Below the pieces are notes generated by a model. It saw nothing but the letters and a program-made list of their open reading frames with translations, did not search any database and was not told the origin of the DNA. Source: Patescibacteria group bacterium (GTDB lineage: Bacteria > Patescibacteriota > Patescibacteriia > UBA10025 > JAHIVO01). From it: a stretch of DNA of 64,000 nucleotides. Each line of letters starts with the position of its first letter. Position 1 is the stretch's first letter. Made by a program: the position numbers and the translations under genes. Where the stretch lies: assembly GCA_041650915.1 (NCBI GenBank), contig JBAZKE010000001.1, forward strand, positions 379,284 through 443,283. Direction: 5' to 3'. Positions 28,419 through 37,495 of the stretch are shown piece after piece.

Positions 28419-28919
28419 ATGAGGGTTCCCATACGAAAACCAGGGCAGTACACCCATGCAAAGCCCGACCGCAACGTGACCGCGGAAAAACTGCAGGAGT
28501 TCAAGCAGGAGCTCCGCAAACTGGTGCGCGTTGTCCGGCCTCCGGCGATCGCCGAGGTGAAGCGGCTTGCGGACCTCGGGGATTTTTCCGAAAATGCGGA
28601 GTACCAGATCGCGAAAGGCCGTTTGCGGGGCATCAACGCGCGCATCCTGGAGCTGGAAGGCGCGATCAAGTCCGCGATCGTCATCAGGCTGGGAAGTGCA
28701 ACCGGCCGCATCCGGATCGGCAGCCGCGTAACGGTACGGATGGACGGCGAGCAAAAAACGTACCGCCTCCTCGGCTCGGCGGAATCCGATCCGGGCAAAG
28801 GCGTTATCTCGCACGCGTCGCCGATCGGAATGGCCCTGGTCGGGAAAAAAGCGGGCGATATGTTCACCGTCACGCTCGCGAACAGGCAGGTGCAGTGCAC
28901 GGTGCTGAGCGTAACATAG
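28419..28919 (+). CDS. greA: GreA/GreB transcription elongation factor
   Basis: GDFSENAEY, IGSRV, ISHASPIG.AL.GK. Confidence 0.9.
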   Translation: MRVPIRKPGQYTHAKPDRNVTAEKLQEFKQELRKLVRVVRPPAIAEVKRLADLGDFSENAEYQIAKGRLRGINARILELEGAIKSAIVIRLGSATGRIRIGSRVTVRMDGEQKTYRLLGSAESDPGKGVISHASPIGMALVGKKAGDMFTVTLANRQVQCTVLSVT

Positions 28920-30374
28920 CGAACCGCCTTTCTTTGCATATGTTTTATTACAGAGCCGTCTGATTAAAAAAAAGAAAGGGGCAACTCGTGAGAGCTGCCC
29001 TTGTTTGTGGTTTGGTACGATTTTCGTTTCACCCGCACTGTGCAAGCGATTGGGTGATGTCCTCGATGAGGCGATCTACCGGTTCAAGGCCGATAGACAG
29101 CCGGACCAGGTCCGGGGTGACGCCCGCGGCGATCCGTACGTCTTCGGGAACACCGAGGTGGGTTGAACGTGCCGGCAGGATCGCCAGCGAGTGGTCACTG
29201 CCCAGGGACACGGTGTTGCCGTACACTACTTCGAGCGAGTTGACGAACATTTCCGCCGCAGCCGCGCCGCCTTTCAAGCGCAACGAGATGATTGATCCCG
29301 GTCCGGTGCACTGTGCGGCGTAGATTTCCGCCTGTACGCCGGTAAGGAGGGTCGAGTAATACACCTCCGCCACCTGACCGTGCTGGGCGAGCATGGACGC
29401 GATCTGTGCTGCCGACGCCGCCTCGTCCCGCATGCGGCCGAAGACATCCGCAATCGACTGCTCGAGATCGGCACACGCTGCCGGAGTATAAATCGGGCCG
29501 CTCGTGTACTGCAGGGAGCGGATGCACTTCATCAGCTCTCCCGAGTTCGTGAGGGCAACGCCGCCGAGCTGGCACGAATGCCCGCCCAGGAACTTGGTCG
29601 CGGAGTACACGACGATGTCCGCGCCGTGTTCAAACGGGTGCTGGAACAGGGGTCCCAGGAAGGTATTATCGACGACGATCAGCGCCGGCCCTTTCAGTCC
29701 CGGGTACTTCTTGGTGAGGTCGGCGATCTGCCGGATGGGAGAATGCCCGATTCGCGGGTTGTTCGGCGTCTCGAGGAAGACTGCACGCAGTTGGAACTGG
29801 TGTTCCAGCAGTGCCTGCTCGAATGCGGCGAGGTCGGTGGTATCGACCGCAACTGCGGTGATGCCGTACCGAGCGCACCATGTCCTGTAGAACTCATCGC
29901 TGCAACCGTACTCCGGCGTGGTGTACAGTATCGTATCGCCCTGTTGCGCGATCGCCATGATCGTGGTAAAAATCGCGGACATTCCCGAAGGAAATACCGC
30001 GGCTTCGGCTGCCCCGGGTTCCATTGCGACGAGCGCCCGGTACAGGCTGTCGTGGGTCGGAGTCTCAAACCGGGAGTAGATGAACCGCTGATCGCGCATT
30101 TCCTCGGGCATGGGCTGCAAACCCAGGAGCCATTGGAATCGAAGTTCGAGGTTAGCGACGCTGTCTGCCTGGTAGGTCGTCGCGGTGCATGTCGGCACAA
30201 CAATCCCGCCATACGGATCTCGTGTATGCTTCATGGCATACCTCCTATAATGTAGGGTTCAGTTTTTTTTGGTTTTCAGTCTATCATACGTATTTTTGCG
30301 TGCCATGTCAAGCGTAATATTACAGGCATGGCAAGGTCCGATCCGGGCAAAGGCGTTATCTCGCACGCGTCGCC
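28785..30374 (+). repeat. 38-bp perfect direct repeat bracketing a 1552-bp cassette
   Basis: TCCGATCCGGGCAAAGGCGTTATCTCGCACGCGTCGCC at 28785-28822 and 30337-30374. Confidence 0.93.
29029..30234 (-). CDS. PLP-dependent Cys/Met metabolism enzyme (methionine gamma-lyase / cystathionine gamma-synthase family)
   Basis: YSRF..PT, FPSGMSAI, ETPNNP, VVDNTF, YSATKFLGGH, SLG, LVRLSIGLE. Confidence 0.9.
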   Translation of the reverse strand: MKHTRDPYGGIVVPTCTATTYQADSVANLELRFQWLLGLQPMPEEMRDQRFIYSRFETPTHDSLYRALVAMEPGAAEAAVFPSGMSAIFTTIMAIAQQGDTILYTTPEYGCSDEFYRTWCARYGITAVAVDTTDLAAFEQALLEHQFQLRAVFLETPNNPRIGHSPIRQIADLTKKYPGLKGPALIVVDNTFLGPLFQHPFEHGADIVVYSATKFLGGHSCQLGGVALTNSGELMKCIRSLQYTSGPIYTPAACADLEQSIADVFGRMRDEAASAAQIASMLAQHGQVAEVYYSTLLTGVQAEIYAAQCTGPGSIISLRLKGGAAAAEMFVNSLEVVYGNTVSLGSDHSLAILPARSTHLGVPEDVRIAAGVTPDLVRLSIGLEPVDRLIEDITQSLAQCG

Positions 30375-30489
30375 CTTGGGCAGTGCGCTTCTAGGCAAGC
30401 AGGCAGGAGGGCGGTTTACGGCCAGGATTGCCGATGCAGACAAGCAGTGTGAGGTGGTGAGGGGGAATAATTCGGATGAGGGAATATAA
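30328..30489 (+). pseudogene. Displaced alternative 3' end of greA
   Basis: Translates SDPGKGVISHASPLGSALLGKQAGGRFTARIADADKQCEVV, homologous to the GreA C-terminus. Confidence 0.8.
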
Positions 30490-30546
30490 AACATGGCCGA
30501 CGCATCAAAGCACCAGCCATGTTTGTATTCTTCACGAATGACGGAA

Positions 30547-31176
30547 TCAAAGGTTGACGTTGAAGTACAACCTTGGGTACTCGTACCTCGTGAAGTATAC
30601 GAGCCACAGGTTGACCTTAGAAAAGGCGAGGTCAATCCGCGGTCCGATGTCGAACAGCTCCGGCGTGCCGGTTCTGTCCGTGTAGTATTCGGTTTCGAAT
30701 CCGGCGAAGAGCCCCTCGTCGGCGACGTCGCTCATCCCGCGAAGCCGTACTTCCGCGAGCGTCCAGGTAAGTAGTCCCTTATCCCGGAAGTAATAGTCGC
30801 ACTGTGAACCTTGTTTGAGCCACAGCGCGCCGACCTTGATGAGACCGTCGGTTCGGAGCGAGACGAGACCGGATAGCGTTTGTTCCTCCTGAGAACCCTT
30901 GGCACCGGCCAGGAATCCCAGTGTCGTCCAGTCGCCGCGCTTCTTGTCGAGTACCTTGTCAATAAGGCCGGCGTAGAAGAGCCAGGGGAACGCATCCGAG
31001 TTGACGTCAGCCAGTATAAGCTGGCCGTACGTTCCGAATCCGCGGATAACCGAGGAATCGGTACAGATATTCAGCTGCAGTTGCAACTGAGGTTTCGTAT
31101 CGTCAGCACCAGCGATCCCACAGCAGACGAGCACGGCCATGAGCGTAACGAATACGGAGCAATGTCTGAGTTTCAT
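30547..31176 (-). CDS. Secreted beta-rich hypothetical protein
   Basis: Signal peptide ending AGA; alternating amphipathic strands; GAGGT SD. Confidence 0.7.
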   Translation of the reverse strand: MKLRHCSVFVTLMAVLVCCGIAGADDTKPQLQLQLNICTDSSVIRGFGTYGQLILADVNSDAFPWLFYAGLIDKVLDKKRGDWTTLGFLAGAKGSQEEQTLSGLVSLRTDGLIKVGALWLKQGSQCDYYFRDKGLLTWTLAEVRLRGMSDVADEGLFAGFETEYYTDRTGTPELFDIGPRIDLAFSKVNLWLVYFTRYEYPRLYFNVNL

Positions 31177-31434
31177 CAGAACCTCCTACTTTGTTTGAGC
31201 GTTTTTTCAATAATGCGATTTACGATTTAACCAGACATACTATCAGTTTTATAATGATTTGTCAAGGATTAGGTGACGCGTGTTATCTTGTCAATCCCGG
31301 ATCCCTGTACTGTTGGGTTGATTTTTTAGGAGAGCGGTGGCATGAGGCACCGGGGCTCTTGACGCGGGGCTTGCCGTGTGGTACGGTCTGGTGAAACTTG
31401 TTTGAATGTTCTTTCATTTTACGAGGAGGTACCC

Positions 31435-32304
31435 GTGAAGAAAAATGTAATGAAGCGCTGGCTGGCAACAGTCGTTGTGGTATTGGCATTCTTGCTCATC
31501 TTTGTCGTTCTGGAAAGGGCGTTCGAGGATATGTACGAATTGCCCCGGCCAATCTGGTTATCCAGTAACGTGCATCCTGCAGCCATTGGGCAGTGCTACA
31601 GCTGCGATAGCGTGGCGATTTTATTCGACTCGATGGCTGTTGACCCGGTTCTGGGCCGGTACATCGTGCCGGTCCGGGAAAAGCTGGACGAGTATCGCCG
31701 TGTCATTGAGCGGTCGTATGCCAAGGCAGCGGGCAAGCGGATCACCGTAGTATTGCAAATCCACGAGGTGGGGTATGAGGAACGCGTGCCCGATGAAATC
31801 CTAAAAAGCCAGGGCAACATCAAGCGCGCCATACCGCTCGTATCGCCCGAGCTGATCGCCTGGGAGGGCGTGTGCAGCACGCCTCTGACGGAAGACAACC
31901 TGTTAAACGAGGTTATCACAGAGGGCAAGCGGCAGGGCTTGCCGAGCATCGAACGTGACAGCCTGCGCCGGGTCATGCAGAACATGGCAGACGAAGACGC
32001 GATGACCTGGTACCTTGCCAGGCCGAATCCGGTTTTTTGTCTGGGTTCCGAGATTCAGTCGCTGCACCTGCTGCACACGGCCATCTTGGATACGCCGCCA
32101 TGGCAGAGAACGTCGCAACTGGATCGTTTGGTAGTAGCCGTGCGCATCCTCCGCAGCGAGATCGCATTGGCTAAGGCCATCCACCATTTGGATTCGCGAG
32201 GCTTGCAGCACGGCCTCATCGTCATCGGCGTTGCCCATGGCCCTGAGTTGGCCTGGATTCTCGATGATCTGGGTATACAGGCAGCGGTGTACGATCTGGA
32301 GTAA
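31435..32304 (+). CDS. Hypothetical membrane-anchored protein
   Basis: AGGAGG SD before GTG 31435; N-terminal TM; LQIH, EG and IGVAH motifs. Confidence 0.7.
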   Translation: MKKNVMKRWLATVVVVLAFLLIFVVLERAFEDMYELPRPIWLSSNVHPAAIGQCYSCDSVAILFDSMAVDPVLGRYIVPVREKLDEYRRVIERSYAKAAGKRITVVLQIHEVGYEERVPDEILKSQGNIKRAIPLVSPELIAWEGVCSTPLTEDNLLNEVITEGKRQGLPSIERDSLRRVMQNMADEDAMTWYLARPNPVFCLGSEIQSLHLLHTAILDTPPWQRTSQLDRLVVAVRILRSEIALAKAIHHLDSRGLQHGLIVIGVAHGPELAWILDDLGIQAAVYDLE

Positions 32305-32449
32305 CGAATCTTCAGCAGTATCGGTAACGAGCCCCGAAGCAATTTGGGGCTTTTCTTTTTTTTTACCGATGCAATGGGCAGCGTGAAACATAAAAAAACC
32401 GGACGGCCCGTGAAGGACGTCCGGTGGCAAAAGCTGGCTGTCGATTGCC

Positions 32450-32812
32450 TTATGCAATCAGCCGCGTGCCGTATTTTTGGAACCGCATGCCGCAGTCCAG
32501 GATTGCAGCCGCATCCGCCGGCCGGTGTGCGACCGTATACATGAAATCGCGGTCCGGCCCGGGCTGGTGCAGCACCACCCAGGTGGAAGCTCCGCGCTGC
32601 TCGAAAACGGTATAGTGCCCGTCCGGCAGCTCGTCCATGGTTACCGCTTCGAGAAAGTACGGCATGCCGGCATGCACGCTGCCGGTGCCGGCATTCGGGA
32701 TAAGGCAGGAATCAGCCCTCATGATGAGGAATATCACGAGAAAGTAAGCGAGCAGCGCCCCGAGGATAATTTTCTCCGGCCGGGTAATGGGTCCTGCATA
32801 ATCAATGTACAT
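32450..32812 (-). CDS. Hypothetical membrane protein
   Basis: GAGGTG SD, one TM segment, terminator near 32393-32425. Confidence 0.6.
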   Translation of the reverse strand: MYIDYAGPITRPEKIILGALLAYFLVIFLIMRADSCLIPNAGTGSVHAGMPYFLEAVTMDELPDGHYTVFEQRGASTWVVLHQPGPDRDFMYTVAHRPADAAAILDCGMRFQKYGTRLIA

Positions 32813-32958
32813 GCGCACCTCACTGTGTTTGGGGTTTATGTTTATTGTAAGCAATGTTAATAAAGAACCGGACATCTGTCAATGCAGACGTTCGAACCGT
32901 TCATGGGGCATTGATCAATAGGATTGATTTTTTCCGCATTGGTTTGTATGATGAAGCC

Positions 32959-34323
32959 ATGCGGATACATACGGCGGCATATCGCACGGGGGCTATAAAA
33001 AAATTATTTTTGTTTGTTTGTGGCTGCAGCTGTACCGCATTGGTTGCGGTTGCCGGCTCTATGGCTGTCGAGGCTGCTGTTGATGATTGCCCTTCAGGGT
33101 ACGAGTGGCAGCGGATGAGCGGCGTGGGGTGCGTCCAGATAGACTGCGCTGATTACGCACATGCGCACTATTCGTATACGAGTGCGTGCATTTGCGGCTC
33201 GGCCGGAAGCATCAATGAAAACCCGGCTGATCCGAACACGGGCTGCTACCATTCGAGTGATTATACGGCCTGCCCTGGATGCTTGTACGCGTGCATCCAT
33301 GCCGACGAAGAATGCCCTCAGCCCCCTGGAGAAGTGCCCGTCAGTACTGCGAATAGTGCGAATGCAAACAGGAATACAAACGCCATTGCCAATGCGAATA
33401 GTGCCGTCAACACGAATACCGCGACAAGCCAGAATATAAATGTTAGCAACGCCGGCACGAATATGCCGACGCTTACCACGGGCAACGCCGTTGCGGCAGC
33501 GTCCTGCGCTGATGAGTGCAGTAAGTACCTTCGCGGGCATGCGAATGCGGCTGTTGTGTCGGCTGAGGGTGAACCCCCGAACTGCAAGTGCCAGGTCGAT
33601 GTGCGCGGCACGGGCGGCGAGATCACCCAAACGATTTCAACCGACGGCCCGATTCAGACAACCTACGTATTCGATCCGGCAACCGGCGCCCTTGTTTCAC
33701 GGGAGCGGGTTGACCGGCGCGAACAGGCGGAGCGCATCCGACGGCGCTTGGGGTACCGGTATACTGAGGAGCAGATTGACGCGCTCCTCGCACCGGAAAA
33801 GATCGACCAGTGGTTCCAGGGCCAAATGAATCCGATTGAAACGTCTACCAGCGGATGGCATCCGCAGTTTTGGTGGCAGCATTTCGTTGCGCTCCTCGAC
33901 CACGGGACCAATGGCTCGAGCGCTGATTTCGTCGACGTGCACCATTATGGCCGGTGCGGGGATTCGATGCAGTGGCTTGAGCGGAACCTGTCGGGGGAGC
34001 TGCATTTAGGCGATGATCCGGATGAGCCCGGGCAAAAGCACGAGGCCATGCTGTCGATCACCGGCGAGAAGTGGGGAAATTTTCTGAACCATACGTCAGT
34101 GCTGATCCGGCCGGCAGGGATTACGAATGACGAGTGGGAAGATATTGTTAAAGAATTGAAAGCGAAGTCCGGCGGCCAGGAAGACAATCCCGGCATTGAG
34201 CCTGGCAATTTGCAGCAAATCGATCCGCGCCTGCTGGACGCGAAAGTGCTCGACCCGTACAAAAAGCAGATTACGACCGTACGCGAATTCATCAAGGGCT
34301 GGTCGTATATCCGCGTCAGTTAA
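32959..34323 (+). CDS. Secreted Cys-rich protein with putative C-terminal papain/transglutaminase-like domain
   Basis: Signal peptide, Cys-rich N-domain, N/T/A-rich linker, GRCGD..NHT..VLDPY. Confidence 0.7.
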   Translation: MRIHTAAYRTGAIKKLFLFVCGCSCTALVAVAGSMAVEAAVDDCPSGYEWQRMSGVGCVQIDCADYAHAHYSYTSACICGSAGSINENPADPNTGCYHSSDYTACPGCLYACIHADEECPQPPGEVPVSTANSANANRNTNAIANANSAVNTNTATSQNINVSNAGTNMPTLTTGNAVAAASCADECSKYLRGHANAAVVSAEGEPPNCKCQVDVRGTGGEITQTISTDGPIQTTYVFDPATGALVSRERVDRREQAERIRRRLGYRYTEEQIDALLAPEKIDQWFQGQMNPIETSTSGWHPQFWWQHFVALLDHGTNGSSADFVDVHHYGRCGDSMQWLERNLSGELHLGDDPDEPGQKHEAMLSITGEKWGNFLNHTSVLIRPAGITNDEWEDIVKELKAKSGGQEDNPGIEPGNLQQIDPRLLDAKVLDPYKKQITTVREFIKGWSYIRVS

Positions 34324-34337
34324 AGCTGTATGCGCCT

Positions 34338-34829
34338 ATGAAAAAAATCCGCACCATCGCCATGACAGTTATCATCCTCGCCGTTGCGCTCGGCGCGGGA
34401 TACCTTGCACTGCGGCACGTGCCGGCCGACACGTATGCGGTCCAGGAAATCGACGGTACGGCGCACTGGGGGTCGATCTCGGGATCGGTCAGCTATCCGA
34501 GCGAGATGCTTCCGTTCATGGGGATCTGCGCGGAAACGGTTGACGGCGCTGACCAGTATTGCACGTACGAGCTGGTCCCCGACGGCAGTTCTTTGAGTGG
34601 CTACGGGTATGAACTTGCCGTTCCGCCGGATGAATATTATGTGTTCGCGCACGAGGTGGCGGCTGGAAATGAATCAGTCGGGTATGTGGATGAATACCGC
34701 GCGTACTATTCCGAATTCGTGACGTGCGGACTCGAGTATACGTGCCCATCGCACAAGCCCATACCAGTTGAGGTTGCGCGCAACCAGTATCTTCAGGGCA
34801 TCGATCCTACGGATTGGTATAATCAGTAA
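34338..34829 (+). CDS. Hypothetical exported protein
   Basis: Signal anchor; GSISGSVSYPSE; YSEFVTCG; IDPTDWY. Confidence 0.7.
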   Translation: MKKIRTIAMTVIILAVALGAGYLALRHVPADTYAVQEIDGTAHWGSISGSVSYPSEMLPFMGICAETVDGADQYCTYELVPDGSSLSGYGYELAVPPDEYYVFAHEVAAGNESVGYVDEYRAYYSEFVTCGLEYTCPSHKPIPVEVARNQYLQGIDPTDWYNQ

Positions 34830-34831
34830 TG

Positions 34832-35079
34832 AGGGACGAACCGAGGGTTCTTCCCTCATCAGCTCCTTTTTCCTTCAACGTATCGCTCAGCCCGGGACCC
34901 TATAACCCGTGGCTTCGCGATGGTTTAAAAACATTCAAGGGACGAACCGAGGGTTCTTCCCTCATCAGCTCCTTTTTCCTTCAACGTATCGCTCAGCCCG
35001 GGACCCGTAGATCCTGTCATTCGACAGGACAGGCCCGTGAGCTCGCGATGGTTTAAAAACATTCAAGGGACGAACCGAG
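34832..35079. repeat. Structured tandem repeat (units of 106 and 128 bp plus a partial third)
   Basis: AGGGACGAACCGAG begins at 34832, 34938 and 35066; unit 2 carries an extra hairpin CCTGTC-ATTC-GACAGG. Confidence 0.92.
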
Positions 35080-35114
35080 AGATTTGAAGCTCGAGATGAA
35101 TTAAGATTTATTTT

Positions 35115-35327
35115 ATGGCAGATCAAGAAGGTGCACCGGCTAAAAAAAATCTCCTGAAACAATGGTGGTTTTGGGTTATCGTTGCCGCAATTCTTGGAGC
35201 AGTGTTATTCGTTCCGTACATCTGCGAAACGGCAAACTGCATGCCCTGCCCGGAAGGCGTTGTCTGCGCTCCGTGCCCTGGGCCGGAATGCCAGGGGCTC
35301 GCGGGGTATAGTATTGACAGGCTGTAG
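35115..35327 (+). CDS. Small Cys-rich membrane protein
   Basis: KQWWFWV TM segment followed by six Cys residues. Confidence 0.6.
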   Translation: MADQEGAPAKKNLLKQWWFWVIVAAILGAVLFVPYICETANCMPCPEGVVCAPCPGPECQGLAGYSIDRL

Positions 35328-35534
35328 GCACACGCGGTTGATTATCCGCCGCCTCGCGGTACCATGCCAGCGTTACAAGCATGGTGCCCTAAACCGGGCT
35401 ACCCCGGTAAAACCTGCACTGACTGGACTTGTTCCAGCATCTACGTTACCCGCGATAAGAAAACGGCAGCGCTTGGAATTCGCAACTGCCGTCTTTTGTT
35501 TTTCGCGGGGGGTATGCAGGGGATGCACGACCGT

Positions 35535-35915
35535 TCAGCTGGCCTTCGATGATAGTACGTAGCAGCTGGTCCTGATAAACAGATAGGCATTCAGGCACCA
35601 GCAGAGGATGCAACCAGGGCAGACCAATTCTACCTTGATTGCCTTGATGACCAGCAGTACCGTACTGACCGCGGCGATCAGTATGAGAACGTGGGTTGTG
35701 ATCTGGAGCGCTTGCCCGGGCCAGCCGCTGAGGCGCGACCAATGGGCTGCCGCCGCAATGCTAGCGTATCCGGCCATGCCGATAACCGCGAGCGGTATGC
35801 CCCAGAGCAGGGTGTCGCTGTATTGCTTCGCATGGGCTATAGAACATCCCCAGGCGGCCAGGGCGAGCCCGATACCTACGCCCGCACATACTGCAGTATG
35901 CTTGAAATGATCCAT
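35535..35915 (-). CDS. Vitamin K epoxide reductase (VKOR)-like protein
   Basis: YS..LWGIPLAVIGMAGY and VCPGC; GGAGG SD before ATG 35915. Confidence 0.65.
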   Translation of the reverse strand: MDHFKHTAVCAGVGIGLALAAWGCSIAHAKQYSDTLLWGIPLAVIGMAGYASIAAAAHWSRLSGWPGQALQITTHVLILIAAVSTVLLVIKAIKVELVCPGCILCWCLNAYLFIRTSCYVLSSKAS

Positions 35916-36152
35916 GAGCGATTTTCCTCCGGTTTTTGTTTTTCTGATTAATATGTCATTCTTGTACAATTTCGCTGGAGTGTCAATGCTCCCTGCCAAT
36001 GGCCAGCCCCCTCGCGCGCCTAAATTCGGCTCCCGCCGTTTGTTATATAAAAAAAAGGAGTCGGACTCTACTGCAGTCGAACTCCTTTGGATTGTGCCCT
36101 GATGTGGGGCCTCCTCCCTCTGCTTGCTGCGTGCCATTCTTGATAGTGGGTA

Positions 36153-36674
36153 TCATTCATCATCATACTCGGAGCTTTCCTGGTCGCAATAGCAATTGTC
36201 GGAGCAATACTGCGCTGGAAAGGGATTTGCCGTTACGCAGTTTGCGCAATATGGCTTTTCGCAAAACTCACAAACACGCTGCTCTTTTTTGTCGATCCAT
36301 GCTCCACAGGCGGGGTTTTTGCATTGGACCTTATCGCGGCATAACAGGCAACGGCCGTTATAGTCCATGCAACGCGTACAGCACTTGTCACCGCATGAAA
36401 CGCACTCGCGTATGTCATCCACAGGCACGTTCCTGGAGCATCTTTCGCAACAAAAGGTCTCTTCTTCTGCCGCTTCTTCAGCCTCCGGCTTTTTATCCAG
36501 AACGATTTCACTGCGGATTTCATCTTCGCATGCCTCGAGCTCTTCCGGCGTGACTTTCCTGCCGCGCCGAAAACCGCCGAATGCCTTTACGATGACATAT
36601 ACACCTCTTGCAGCCAGCGCGATCAATCCTAATCCAATCAGCGCTCCGGCCAAGTCGTCGTCTTCCTGGCTCAC
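36153..36674 (-). CDS. Membrane-anchored multi-zinc-finger protein
   Basis: N-terminal TM, many CxxC pairs, YCSDNC motif. Confidence 0.65.
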   Translation of the reverse strand: MSQEDDDLAGALIGLGLIALAARGVYVIVKAFGGFRRGRKVTPEELEACEDEIRSEIVLDKKPEAEEAAEEETFCCERCSRNVPVDDIRECVSCGDKCCTRCMDYNGRCLLCRDKVQCKNPACGAWIDKKEQRVCEFCEKPYCANCVTANPFPAQYCSDNCYCDQESSEYDDE

Positions 36675-36776
36675 GTTTCATCACCACCTTTCGCTATTTG
36701 TCGAATGTTCTTTTTCTTTCTGCCTTTTCCATCCATCTAACCTCCTGTGCGCCCATTTGTCAATACTCACTACTGC

Positions 36777-36811
36777 TTGTTTTGCCGCTGGCAGGGGAGT
36801 AAAATGGGGGT
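36777..36811 (+). promoter_or_regulatory. Recurring promoter module (copy 1)
   Basis: TTGTTT-17-TAAAAT-GGGGGT-ATG; related copies at 37432, 39441, 39934, 40530, 43239 and 54846. Confidence 0.65.
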
Positions 36812-37372
36812 ATGAAATTATTCGTGATAGCAGACCGACCGCCCCGCAGGCCCATTCGGGCCATTCTCTCGGAAAACCAGGTCGACGCGATCTGCACGCT
36901 TGGTGACCTGACGCTCCAGGACATCCGCCAGCTCGAGGATGTTGCCGGCATTCCAAAAGTCGGCGTGTACGGCAACCATGACAGTGGCACGTACATGAGC
37001 AGCCTCGGCATTGAGAATCTCCACCTCGCCACGGCCACGGTGAAGGGGATCGTCTTCGGCGGATTCCAGGGATCGGTGCGCTACAAGCCGGGGGAACATA
37101 TCATGTATACCCAGGAACAGGCAATGGAGCTGCTTGTCGGTTTCCCGCATGTCGATGTCATGCTTACGCACGCTCCGCCGTACGGCATCCACGATGAGCC
37201 GGACGATCCTGTCCACCAGGGATTCAGGGCGCTGAATGATTACATTGCCGTACAGCACCCCCGCTATCTCCTGCACGGGCATACCTATGCCCCTGAGCAT
37301 GACCGCACCGCCACGGTGGGCAGTACGAAGGTAATCTTTGTGTATCAAGATGCAATCGTGGATATCGTGTAA
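36812..37372 (+). CDS. Metallophosphoesterase
   Basis: IAD, LGDL, GNHD, LTHAPP, HGHT. Confidence 0.88.
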   Translation: MKLFVIADRPPRRPIRAILSENQVDAICTLGDLTLQDIRQLEDVAGIPKVGVYGNHDSGTYMSSLGIENLHLATATVKGIVFGGFQGSVRYKPGEHIMYTQEQAMELLVGFPHVDVMLTHAPPYGIHDEPDDPVHQGFRALNDYIAVQHPRYLLHGHTYAPEHDRTATVGSTKVIFVYQDAIVDIV

Positions 37373-37495
37373 GGAAATGGTATAATTTTTAGGATTTCGC
37401 ATTTTGAGCCTGCCGCGCGAGCGGTTTGGGGTTGTTTTGTCGTTGGTGGGGGAGTAGAATGGGGGTACAGTAACATAATATTTTGATTTAAAAAC

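Noticed and set aside
34840-34970. Hammerhead ribozyme (CTGATGA on the minus strand of each repeat unit)
   Set aside because: The following stem GAGGG/CCCTC is followed by GGTT, not the required GAAA, so the catalytic core is incomplete
34832-35079. CRISPR array
   Set aside because: Units are over 100 bp and nearly identical throughout, there are no unique spacers, and no cas genes are in the window
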